From contig JAKSJO010000003.1 of the NCBI GenBank assembly GCA_024398125.1, forward strand, positions 43,708-107,707: a stretch of 64,000 bases of DNA. Reading direction: 5' to 3'. The stretch's first letter is position 1. Each line of letters starts with the position of its first letter. This stretch comes from Bacteroidales bacterium (GTDB taxonomy: Bacteria; Bacteroidota; Bacteroidia; Bacteroidales; UBA932). The translations under genes were made by a program, and so were the position numbers. The notes under the pieces are model-generated. The model was given only the letters and a program-made list of their open reading frames with translations, made no database searches and was not told the DNA's origin. Below are positions 47,788 through 56,714 of this stretch, piece by piece.

Positions 47788-49101
47788 TTAGTTTGTGTGG
47801 TCTTTCTTGAATTCAGCCATGCGCTCATCGAGCATGGCATACTGTTCCTCTCTCATGCGGCTGGTACATCCGCGGATGCCCTGCTGGTCGCTGCCTGTGG
47901 TCGAGAGAGAGATTGAGGAGACTCCGTAGTAGAGGAGTTCCTTCATGAGTTCACCGCCCTTCAGGCCAGGGTAGCCTACGGTGAAGAAGAATCCTCCTTC
48001 CACAGGTCCCATGGTAGGGTCGGCATCGTATGGCATGGTGAATCCGTGACGCTTGAAAATCTCGAGCATCCTCGCTGCACGTATCTGATACTCACGGGTA
48101 TCCTCGACGAAGTTCAGATCACCACGTACGGCAGCCTCATACATAGCGGCATAGCCGAACTGGGTGCTGTGGGTCACACCGCTGGTGATCATGTACATTA
48201 CGTTTGCGATGAAAGTCGTGCCGAAATGGCCGGCATCATGGTAGCGCTCTGCGAGTGTCGGATATGTACGGTCGAAAAGCTTCGGAGACATGCATGCCAT
48301 TGCGGCACGCTGGCCGGCATAGCTGAATATCTTCGACGAAGAGAGCATCAGGATATAGTTGTCGGTATATCTGGCGACGGTCGGCGGGTACGGAGCCTCG
48401 TATGGATGGCTGAGGTCGCGGCGATAGTCCATGCAGAAGTATGCAAGGTCCTCCAGCACGATAGCATCGTACTTTGTCGCCATGCGGCCGATGATTTCAA
48501 GTTCGCTTTCCTCAAGGCAGATCCAGGCAGGATTGTTAGGATTGCTGTAAACGATGGCCGCGATCTCCCCATTCTTCATGATGGACTCCAGCCGTTCCTC
48601 CAGAGCGGCACCGCGCCAGTCATGGATGTCGAATTCCTCCCACTCGGCACCGATCACACGGAGCTGAGTCTTCTGGATAGGGAATCCTGGATCGATGAAG
48701 AGCACCTTCTTCTTCTTTGGGTCGAGCTGGGTGCAGATTATGAACGAGCCGAACGAAGCAGCGACGCTGCCTGTTGTCGGAAGACAGCATTTAGCGGGGA
48801 TGTCAAGATTCATGAACGCCTTGATGAACTTCTCTGTCGCATTCTTGAGTTCAGGGATTCCTGCGGCGGCAGGATAATGCTGGCCCACTCCCCTGTCGAT
48901 GGCTTCCTTCTCGGCCGCACGGCCGATCATGTTGGCAGGAAGGCCCGGTGAACCCTGGTCCATGCGGATGAACGGAATGCCGGTGCGCTGCTCCAGGGTC
49001 TGTGCGATGAGAAGCACCTCGCCGATCGAAGCACGTTCGATGTCTGTGATGTGGAGCTCCTGTGCTACCTGTGCTACGAGCTCTTCTGAGAATATTTTCA
49101 T
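47788..49101 (-). CDS. Class I/II PLP-dependent aminotransferase
   Basis: YSNPNNPAW, LEDLAY, SSSKIFSYAGQR. Confidence 0.88.
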   Translation of the reverse strand: MKIFSEELVAQVAQELHITDIERASIGEVLLIAQTLEQRTGIPFIRMDQGSPGLPANMIGRAAEKEAIDRGVGQHYPAAAGIPELKNATEKFIKAFMNLDIPAKCCLPTTGSVAASFGSFIICTQLDPKKKKVLFIDPGFPIQKTQLRVIGAEWEEFDIHDWRGAALEERLESIMKNGEIAAIVYSNPNNPAWICLEESELEIIGRMATKYDAIVLEDLAYFCMDYRRDLSHPYEAPYPPTVARYTDNYILMLSSSKIFSYAGQRAAMACMSPKLFDRTYPTLAERYHDAGHFGTTFIANVMYMITSGVTHSTQFGYAAMYEAAVRGDLNFVEDTREYQIRAARMLEIFKRHGFTMPYDADPTMGPVEGGFFFTVGYPGLKGGELMKELLYYGVSSISLSTTGSDQQGIRGCTSRMREEQYAMLDERMAEFKKDHTN

Positions 49102-49103
49102 GG

Positions 49104-49682
49104 CTATTTCCTTGCTTCGTCACGTCCGATCGCGAGAGCCTTGAGGTTGGCCTCGACAATCTCATCTCCCTTGCGGGCGAACAATCTGCGGATGGCATCC
49201 TCAAGCTTCGAATACTCGATTCCAAGGGCCTCCTGGGCAGCTCCGAGAAGGATCATGTTGGCTGAACGAGGAATGCCGTTCTCCTTTGCGAGCTTCTCCA
49301 CATCCAGGCTGACAACCCTTGGCTGATCCTTGTATGCGGCCTCGAGAGCCTCATCGGACGGATAGGTCGGGATGTTCACGAAACGGGCCGAAGAGGTGAT
49401 GATCCAGCCGGTCTCTGGGTTGAGCCAAGGAAGGTAGCGCAGTGCCTCCATAGGCTCGAGACTGATGATGACGTCAGCTCCGCCCTTAGAGATGAGGTCG
49501 CTGTAGATATGGCTGTCGGAAATACGGAGGTTCGACTGGACGTCGCCTCCACGCTGGCTCATGCCATGAACCTCAGCCTGCTTGATCATGAGGCCTTCGT
49601 TCATGCAGGCCTCTCCGATTATGGCTGCGACGGTAAGGATGCCCTGGCCGCCGACTCCTGCGAGAATTATATCCAGTTTCAT
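49104..49682 (-). CDS. iorB: Indolepyruvate (arylpyruvate) ferredoxin oxidoreductase beta subunit
   Basis: GVGGQGIL, EVHGMSQRGGDV, ANMILLGA. Confidence 0.93.
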   Translation of the reverse strand: MKLDIILAGVGGQGILTVAAIIGEACMNEGLMIKQAEVHGMSQRGGDVQSNLRISDSHIYSDLISKGGADVIISLEPMEALRYLPWLNPETGWIITSSARFVNIPTYPSDEALEAAYKDQPRVVSLDVEKLAKENGIPRSANMILLGAAQEALGIEYSKLEDAIRRLFARKGDEIVEANLKALAIGRDEARK

Positions 49683-51292
49683 TTCTTCTTGTGTCGTTTA
49701 AGGGTTTGCAGACATTCGCGGCGAGGGATGATGACGCTGACTCCCTCGTATGCGATTTCCTCGCGGATGGTGGCGGTGATTGCCTCCATGTTCTGTGGAA
49801 GCGGAACAACTACGCGGACATGTGCAGGATCGGCTCCAAGCCCGGTGCAGATCGCCTCATACTTGCTGGTACCGGCTGAATCCTGACCGCCGGTCATTGC
49901 CGTCGTGAGGTTGTCGCTTATGATGACGGTTATGTTTGCGTTCTCGTTGATTGCATCAAGAAGACCAGTCATGCCGCTGTGGGTGAATGTCGAGTCGCCG
50001 ATGACGGCGATGGAAGGGAACTGCCCCGCATCGGCGGCACCCTTTGCCATGGTGATGCTGGCTCCCATGTCGACGCAGCTGTGCAGAGCGCGGAAAGGCG
50101 GAAGGAAACCCAGTGTATAGCAGCCAATATCACCGAACACACGCGGATTTTCATATTCCTGGAGCACGAGATTGAGTGCCTCGTACACGCTTCTGTGACC
50201 GCAGCCCTGGCAGAGTGCAGGCGGACGGGCAACGACAGCCTCAGGCTTTGCGACCTCAGGCACAGGCTTGTACTCCACACCGGCAGCCTCGGCATCTATC
50301 CTGCGGAACGCCTCGCGTACACAGTCAGGCGACAGTTCGCCGGTGCGCGGCAGATAGCCTCCGTTGAGCTTGCCGATGACCTTCCACTGATTCTGTGGAA
50401 GCATTCCCTGAATCTTTTCCTCGATGAACGGCTGGCCCTCCTCTACTATGAGGATGGTCTCACTGTTCTCGCAGAGCTGGGCGATCGCTGCGTGCGGGAG
50501 TGGATAATGTGTGATGTGAAGGACGCTGTGCGGACAGTCGCCTCCGAACGCCTCCATGACGTAGTTCCAGCCCACACCGGAGGTGATTATTCCGAGTTTG
50601 CTGTCCTTTACGGTCAGTTTGTTCCATGCCTCGCCGTCAGCCTCGAGCGATGGCTGAAGGCCGACGAGTATATCATTCTTGCGGCGGGCGTTGACCGGAA
50701 GGAGCACCCAGTCCTTTGCCTGGGACTTATAGTTCAGTTCGTTCTGGGGAGCTGCGGTTTCAGCGACCTCTACCACGGCGCGTGAGTGTGCCATTCTCGT
50801 GGTAACACGCATGAGAACCGGCAGGCTGCGCTTCTCGCTGAGCTCGAATGCATATGCCATCATGTCGTATGCCTGCTGCTGGTCGCGCGGCTCCAGTACA
50901 GGAACCATGGCGAACGAACCGAGATAGCGGCTGTCCTGCTCGTCCTGGCTGGAATGCATGGTAGGATCGTCTGCGACGAGAACGACTACACCGCCGCCCA
51001 CACCGGTCATTGCCGAGTTCACGAATGGATCCATGCAGACATTGAGACCTACATGCTTCATGCAGACCATGGCGCGCTTGCCCATATAGCTCATGCCCAG
51101 AGCAGCCTCCATGGCGGTCTTCTCATTGGTAGACCAGCGGCTATGGATGCCGCGCTCGCGGGCAACAGGATTTCCCTGGATGAATTCCGTCACTTCGGTG
51201 GACGGAGTTCCAGGATAGGCATATACGCCGCTGAGTCCCGCATTTATGGCTCCGAGGGCTATTGCCTCATCACCAAGAAGGAGTTTCTTCAT
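49679..51292 (-). CDS. iorA: Indolepyruvate (arylpyruvate) ferredoxin oxidoreductase alpha subunit
   Basis: AYPGTPSTE, NEKTA, MKHVGLN, RPPALCQGCGH, GDIGCY, GDSTF.HSG, AMTGGQ. Confidence 0.94.
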   Translation of the reverse strand: MKKLLLGDEAIALGAINAGLSGVYAYPGTPSTEVTEFIQGNPVARERGIHSRWSTNEKTAMEAALGMSYMGKRAMVCMKHVGLNVCMDPFVNSAMTGVGGGVVVLVADDPTMHSSQDEQDSRYLGSFAMVPVLEPRDQQQAYDMMAYAFELSEKRSLPVLMRVTTRMAHSRAVVEVAETAAPQNELNYKSQAKDWVLLPVNARRKNDILVGLQPSLEADGEAWNKLTVKDSKLGIITSGVGWNYVMEAFGGDCPHSVLHITHYPLPHAAIAQLCENSETILIVEEGQPFIEEKIQGMLPQNQWKVIGKLNGGYLPRTGELSPDCVREAFRRIDAEAAGVEYKPVPEVAKPEAVVARPPALCQGCGHRSVYEALNLVLQEYENPRVFGDIGCYTLGFLPPFRALHSCVDMGASITMAKGAADAGQFPSIAVIGDSTFTHSGMTGLLDAINENANITVIISDNLTTAMTGGQDSAGTSKYEAICTGLGADPAHVRVVVPLPQNMEAITATIREEIAYEGVSVIIPRRECLQTLKRHKKK

Positions 51293-51358
51293 TGATTATA
51301 GTAATAGTGAATGTGTTCGTTTGCCATAAAGTTCGTGAATCATTTCAAGAATTCCAAA

Positions 51359-52192
51359 CTATATAGCGGCCGTTTCAGCTTTTTGTTCACGTCCCTGGAG
51401 AACCTTCGAACAAGGCGGAACATCATGGGTCAGCCAGAGGTTTCCTCCGATTACGGAATGATGCCCGATCGTCACGCGGCCAAGGACCGAAGAATTCGAA
51501 TATATCGTGACATGATCCTCCACGATAGGATGACGAGGCTTGTTGACAGGACGCCCCTCAAGATCGTAGGAGAAGTTCTTTGCGCCGAGGGTCACACCCT
51601 GGTAGAGTGTGACATGGTCTCCGATGATGCAGGTCTCGCCGATTACGACACCTGTACCGTGGTCGATTGCGAAATACTCGCCAATGCGGGCTCCCGGATG
51701 GATGTCGATTCCGGTTCTGGAATGCGCCAGCTCGGTCATGATGCGGGGAATAACAGGGACACCGAGGACCAGGAGGGCATGCGCAGTGCGATAATGAAGC
51801 ATGGCCTGGACTACAGGGTAGCAGGATATGACCTCGCTCAGGTTCTTTACTGCCGGGTCATTGTCCTGGATAGCCTGGACATCGGTATACAGAAGCCGTT
51901 TGATTTCAGCAAGCTCTTCGATGAAACTGCAGCAGAGCTCTTCGGAGCGCTCGTAGCCATCGGCCTCATCGCCGAGTGCAAGCTTGATCTGGCCTCGGAG
52001 AAGGAAATGAAGAAGTTCCAGTTTGGTGCGGAGATCGGAAGACGCGCCGAAGAAACCAGGGAATACAATGGATTTGACTGTCTCTACGACTTCTTTCACC
52101 TTGTCGACGGACACGCTGACCTCGCCCGTAAAGCCGTCTACAGCCTCAAGAGCCTCTATGCTTTTATGTATTGATGATTCAAAATGAGTCAT
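51359..52192 (-). CDS. cysE: Serine O-acetyltransferase
   Basis: NDPA, GIDIHPGARIG, IDHGTGVVIGET, LYQGVTLG, RHP hexapeptide region; start MTHFES assumed. Confidence 0.9.
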   Translation of the reverse strand: MTHFESSIHKSIEALEAVDGFTGEVSVSVDKVKEVVETVKSIVFPGFFGASSDLRTKLELLHFLLRGQIKLALGDEADGYERSEELCCSFIEELAEIKRLLYTDVQAIQDNDPAVKNLSEVISCYPVVQAMLHYRTAHALLVLGVPVIPRIMTELAHSRTGIDIHPGARIGEYFAIDHGTGVVIGETCIIGDHVTLYQGVTLGAKNFSYDLEGRPVNKPRHPIVEDHVTIYSNSSVLGRVTIGHHSVIGGNLWLTHDVPPCSKVLQGREQKAETAAI

Positions 52193-52393
52193 GAAGGGGA
52201 AGTATTTTTCCCAAAGATAACATTTTTTACCTACATGCAAATATCATCAGAATGCAATAGGAAAGCATATTCCACGCATTTATATTCAAAGAAAAGCGAT
52301 TTTGGCATAATTTATGTTACAATTTGTAAGCGTCGCCATTCAATTAACGAACCAGCGACAAACAACAACATTTTTATACTAATCACAAAAATT

Positions 52394-52753
52394 ATGAAAC
52401 GTTTCTTTTTTGCAATCATGGCTGCAGTTATGATGTTCGTAGCTGCTCCTAAGGCAAGTGCACAGGATTTCAATTTCGATCCTGCACAGATGGCACAGAT
52501 GAGAGTTGACCAGATGAAACAGTCTCTCAAGATCGACAAGGACCAGGCTGCAAAGCTCCTCGATCTCTTCAAGAAGCAGTCTGAGGAGATGATGAAGATG
52601 TTCGAAGGCGGCGGCATGCCTGACATGAGCAAGATGGAAGAGAACATGAAGAAGCAGGACGAGCAGATCAAGAAGATTCTCACTGCCGACCAGTACAAGA
52701 AGTATGCTGAGGAGCAGAAGAAAATGCGCGAGCAGTTCGGCGGCGGCTTCTAG
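52394..52753 (+). CDS. Small exported Met/Gln/Lys-rich helical protein (DUF4890/Spy-CpxP-like)
   Basis: Signal peptide MKRFFF..ASA-Q, ILTADQYKKY (LTxxQ) motif. Confidence 0.7.
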   Translation: MKRFFFAIMAAVMMFVAAPKASAQDFNFDPAQMAQMRVDQMKQSLKIDKDQAAKLLDLFKKQSEEMMKMFEGGGMPDMSKMEENMKKQDEQIKKILTADQYKKYAEEQKKMREQFGGGF

Positions 52754-52775
52754 ACCCTGAACAAATAAAAGCACA

Positions 52776-52808
52776 AAGGCCTCTGAGTTTTCTCAGGGGC
52801 CTTCTTTG
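52776..52808. terminator. Intrinsic terminator between convergent genes
   Basis: AAGGCCTCTGAG-TTTT-CTCAGGGGCCTT then T-rich. Confidence 0.8.
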
Positions 52809-52845
52809 TTTGTGTTCGGCTGGTCACATGGACGACATGTCCGGA

Positions 52846-53493
52846 TTATTTCTTTGGTGAAGACAGTTTCTTTACATCGCGGACGCCGATGTACTTTTTC
52901 GAAATCGGACTTTCGGTCAAGGCTATCATTGCCTGAGCAACCTCCGTAATGGTATTGGCAAGACCGAAAAACTTGCTGACCGCGTAAGCCTTCTTGGTAG
53001 CAGTCTGGAACTCCTGACGGAACTGCTGACGCTCGTGCGGATACATGAGAGCTACCCTGAAGCCGTAAGCACCACGGAATCCCATCGCCATCAGCGCATG
53101 TTCCGTGCGAGTCTTTATGCGGGACCATTTCTGGGGATTCCAGTCCGAGGTTCCCATGCCGCTCACGTAAGTTATTATCATGTTCTCCTTAGGTCCGACA
53201 ACTTCCGCGAAATGGACAGGGACATCCCCGCATATCACCTTGTAATCGTCCATCGAGATGCCTACGCTGCTTATTCCGGCACAGAAATACACCGCATCAT
53301 ACCCCTGAAGCATCGGATCTCCCGGCTGCAGCGCCATGAAATCCGGCACTATATACTCCTCCAGTTTCGGATGCGAATATCCGAGCGGATGACGGCTTAC
53401 GCTCAGTACCTTCTCCACCCTTCCGTCATCGAGGCAGGCATGCATGACGCCTTCTCCAACATATCCTGTCGTTCCTGTTACGATTACTTTCAT
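52846..53493 (-). CDS. NAD(P)-binding Rossmann-fold protein (atypical SDR/epimerase)
   Basis: VTGTTGYVG, FCAGISS, YVSGMGT, K..TE..L. Confidence 0.85.
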   Translation of the reverse strand: MKVIVTGTTGYVGEGVMHACLDDGRVEKVLSVSRHPLGYSHPKLEEYIVPDFMALQPGDPMLQGYDAVYFCAGISSVGISMDDYKVICGDVPVHFAEVVGPKENMIITYVSGMGTSDWNPQKWSRIKTRTEHALMAMGFRGAYGFRVALMYPHERQQFRQEFQTATKKAYAVSKFFGLANTITEVAQAMIALTESPISKKYIGVRDVKKLSSPKK

Positions 53494-53516
53494 GTCCGTT
53501 TCTTGTTCATGTCCGG

Positions 53517-53575
53517 CAAATGTAAGGTTTTTTCCTTTGAGTATTTGTCATTTACGCATCAGCAATCTAAATTTG
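53517..53575. promoter_or_regulatory. Divergent -7 boxes (epimerase / BNR protein)
   Basis: TACATTTG on minus (53517-53524) and TAAATTTG on plus (53568-53575). Confidence 0.6.
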
Positions 53576-53594
53576 TCACTACAATCATTCGAAT

Positions 53595-54665
53595 ATGAAA
53601 CCATCCCATTATATGACCTTGGCGTACGCCGCATTCGCACTTCTGGTTTTTGTAAAGGCATTCAACAGCAACCCTGCAGGCGCACAGCAGCCTCAACCTG
53701 CAATAGAGCCTGCCGATACCCCGACCTCAGCCACCTACAGAGCGATCAAGGCTGTCGATGACAATATCGTATGGGCGGCAGGATCGGCGAACACAGTGGT
53801 CAGGACCGTTGACGACGGCAGTAATTGGGATGTATTCACAGTCGGCGACTCCCTGAGGACCGAATTCCGCAGCCTGATGGCTTGGGACGCCAGCACTGCG
53901 CTTGTATTCACCATAGACTCCCCTGCTGTCGGCTACAGGACCGAGGATGGCGGCAAGACCTGGAGTCAGGTCTATTACAATGCTGCGGAAGGCATGTTCA
54001 TCGACAGTGTCAGCTTCGCGGACGAGAAGAATGGCGTAGCGGTCGGCGATCCGCTCGGCGGGCACATCTTTGTCATAACGACGGACGACGGCGGTCTCTC
54101 ATGGAAGGAAAGACAGGGCCCGGAGAACGCAGGAGGCATGTTCGCGGCATCCAACACCTGCGTCACAATGCTCCCTTCCTCGCGAATACTTGTTGCAGCA
54201 AGCAGCTCAGAGGTCCATATCAGCGACGGCGACGGCTGGTCAACTGTCTCCACGCCGATTACAAAGGGAGCAGACAACGGCTGTGACGGCTGCTATGGAA
54301 TATGGATGCAGGACGAGAACTGCGGATTCCTATATGGCGGCAACTATGAATACGTAAGCAACAAGGCTGGAGTGCTGGCAAGCACAGTCGACGGCGGCAG
54401 ATGCTGGCAGTCCTGCGAAGAAGGCATCCACGGTTTCGTTTCGGCTGTCGCTCCGCTGAGGTCTGAAAGAAAGAAGCATGGCGGATCGATCTTGGTCGCT
54501 AGCGGATCCGACGGCATATCGTACAGCCATGACGGCGGTCACAGCTGGCAGGACATAACAGACAGCCTCCCTGAAGGCGTAAAGGGCTATCATGCCCTCT
54601 CCTCGACCGGCAAAGTCATCTGGGCCGCAGGCAGCCACGGCCACATCGGCAGGATTCATAATTGA
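53595..54665 (+). CDS. BNR/Asp-box beta-propeller (Ycf48-like) exported protein
   Basis: Repeated T.DGG..W boxes (TVDDGSNW, TEDGGKTW, TDDGGLSW, TVDGGRCW, SHDGGHSW). Confidence 0.85.
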   Translation: MKPSHYMTLAYAAFALLVFVKAFNSNPAGAQQPQPAIEPADTPTSATYRAIKAVDDNIVWAAGSANTVVRTVDDGSNWDVFTVGDSLRTEFRSLMAWDASTALVFTIDSPAVGYRTEDGGKTWSQVYYNAAEGMFIDSVSFADEKNGVAVGDPLGGHIFVITTDDGGLSWKERQGPENAGGMFAASNTCVTMLPSSRILVAASSSEVHISDGDGWSTVSTPITKGADNGCDGCYGIWMQDENCGFLYGGNYEYVSNKAGVLASTVDGGRCWQSCEEGIHGFVSAVAPLRSERKKHGGSILVASGSDGISYSHDGGHSWQDITDSLPEGVKGYHALSSTGKVIWAAGSHGHIGRIHN

Positions 54666-54725
54666 ACAAACTTATACACTTTATCCCTCTTTTTGTGTTA
54701 AATTTGTATCATGGCAGAACGGGTT

Positions 54726-55802
54726 ATGAAACATCTTTCCTTATATGCCGCCATCCTGATTTCGATGACGGGATTGCAGTCTTGCACCAAGAATGAGCCA
54801 TCGGCTTCTACAAGGCCGATAACACTCAAGGTTAATACCATCAACACCAAAGGATCCACCATCACGACAGAGAACCTCAAAAAATTCCAGATAATTGCGA
54901 TAGCGGATGGCGGGTGGCATGACAACGAAGGCAACTACAGCGCCGGAGTGTATTTTACCGACCAGGCAGTCAAGAGCGGCTCAACATGGAACATGGGCAG
55001 CCATTTCTGGCTCAACAATGTCAATCTCCATTTCTGGTCTTTCTCTCCCGTCGGAAGCGATCTTGATACACCTGCAGAGGGACTTCTTTCAATCAAAACA
55101 CCTTCCGCTGGTGAGAACAGCATTTCATTCTCGTACGCGTTGCCGACCACTTCTCCAGGAAGCGATGATGCAAGCAACCAGAAAGATATTGTGTTCGCCG
55201 GCAACTCTGAGACAAGGACGTTCAACGGAAGCGGCGCGTTAAGCTCCAGCAGCAGCCGCAACGACAGCAATGTCGACATTGATTTCTATCATCCCCTTTC
55301 CGAAATCCAATTCGCGATCAGCCCTACGGACGGCAGTTTCGACATAGAAGGATTGGGGATAAAGGCCATCACCATCAAGAATATATGCGGCAGCGGAAGC
55401 TGTCAGTTCACGATTCCATCAACATTTGCGTGGACTCCGGACACCGGAGACAAGAATGACTACAGCCAGAACTGCAACACTGTCTTCAACAGCACAAGCA
55501 CAGCGCCAACAGGCTGGTCAAAAGGGAACTTCACAGACAGTGAATCGAACACACAGACAATGTTTGTCTATGACAATCCGTTTTTCATGATTCCGCAGAC
55601 ATTGTCCGGCGCAAACAATCTTTCTGTGACATTCGTGAAGAAGAGCGACGGGACGGAAATCAACAAGGAAGTCACCCTCAACGATTCATGGAAGCCAAGC
55701 AGATATTACAAGTACAAGCTGAGTGCAAAGACTTTGGGTCACGACGTTGAATTCTCCGCTACAATCCTGCCTTGGGATGAAATCCCGGTCGAAATCAACT
55801 AG
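54726..55802 (+). CDS. Fimbrillin-like (type V pilin) lipoprotein, solo gene
   Basis: Lipobox LQSC, NTK-G, HFWL..VNLHFWSF, FYHPLSEIQF, FFMIPQ, C-terminal TILPW strand; own TAAATTTG at 54699-54706 (ATG 54711 is an alternative start). Confidence 0.85.
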   Translation: MKHLSLYAAILISMTGLQSCTKNEPSASTRPITLKVNTINTKGSTITTENLKKFQIIAIADGGWHDNEGNYSAGVYFTDQAVKSGSTWNMGSHFWLNNVNLHFWSFSPVGSDLDTPAEGLLSIKTPSAGENSISFSYALPTTSPGSDDASNQKDIVFAGNSETRTFNGSGALSSSSSRNDSNVDIDFYHPLSEIQFAISPTDGSFDIEGLGIKAITIKNICGSGSCQFTIPSTFAWTPDTGDKNDYSQNCNTVFNSTSTAPTGWSKGNFTDSESNTQTMFVYDNPFFMIPQTLSGANNLSVTFVKKSDGTEINKEVTLNDSWKPSRYYKYKLSAKTLGHDVEFSATILPWDEIPVEIN

Positions 55803-55811
55803 TCAATCTTC

Positions 55812-56714
55812 CTAGTTGCCGCTGCCCTTCAGCTCCAGATCGACGTTGTAATAGGTATTGCGGATAAGTTCTCCATGTGAAGTAATCGGGAAGATGCGGG
55901 TCCTCTTCGTTCCATTCTTCCCTGTAACTGTAACCTGGATCTTTGTCTGGCGATCCTTGTTCATGTTCTCATAGAGATAATAGTAGAAGTACTTTCTTGC
56001 AGAACCTACACTCTGGGGCTTATCCTCTGTATAGTCGGTATAGTAGGTATTGTCTACATAGGTGTCGGTGAAACTTTCCACTGTAGGGAAAACGATGAAT
56101 CCTTTTGCTCCGTTGAGGATCTTGACCTGGATATCGCTAAACTCGCTTCCGCTCTGATGCACACCGACTGCCAGCTTGCAGCAAATACGGCTGAGCATGA
56201 CATTTATGCTGGTCGTACCTTCGGACTGTATCTTGTCTTCGGTCAAAACTGTTTCTCCGACCATGTACAGACGTTTCGGGGCGGCTCCTCCGGTAATATC
56301 CAGAGATTTGTCATCGGCCATTCTGGACTTGCGAAGAAGGGCTATTGTAGCCGGCCACGGGTAATCGTCCTCTGCAATATCGCCGACATTTGCGAACACG
56401 ACTATGGTACTGGTCGGGCGCCTCTTCAGGGTCACCTCATGGTCAGGAATGCTTAAGGAAGGTGTCTTCTCCTGATGATCCGAGGCACACAGCTGGCCAA
56501 GTTCGTCATACTGAAGAACCCAGATATCCGCAATAGGATTTTCTACCTTAGGGTCCAGCGGGAACATAGCTTTTGTTCCGATGGTGTTCATCTCTTCCTG
56601 GGAAATGTTCAGAGAAACAGTCACGGTATCTTCGGTAGACGGGATCTCCTCCCTGCCGCAGGCAAGGAAGCAGAGAAGCACCGAAACAACGAGTATTATC
56701 TTTTCAACTTTCAT
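55812..56714 (-). CDS. Type V pilin-like lipoprotein (FimB/Mfa2- or DUF4906-like N-domain)
   Basis: Lipobox FLAC, GTK-A, IWVLQYD, IVVFAN, LSRICCKL, YLYEN, RNTYY. Confidence 0.75.
   Translation of the reverse strand: MKVEKIILVVSVLLCFLACGREEIPSTEDTVTVSLNISQEEMNTIGTKAMFPLDPKVENPIADIWVLQYDELGQLCASDHQEKTPSLSIPDHEVTLKRRPTSTIVVFANVGDIAEDDYPWPATIALLRKSRMADDKSLDITGGAAPKRLYMVGETVLTEDKIQSEGTTSINVMLSRICCKLAVGVHQSGSEFSDIQVKILNGAKGFIVFPTVESFTDTYVDNTYYTDYTEDKPQSVGSARKYFYYYLYENMNKDRQTKIQVTVTGKNGTKRTRIFPITSHGELIRNTYYNVDLELKGSGN

Noticed and set aside
4274-51295. Many long antisense or alternate-frame ORFs (e.g. 4274-4906, 12996-13727, 19026-19832, 39637-40683, 44668-45648, 48046-48951, 51311-52174)
   Set aside because: They lie opposite well-supported genes, have no recognisable motifs, and are expected from GC-rich codon bias.
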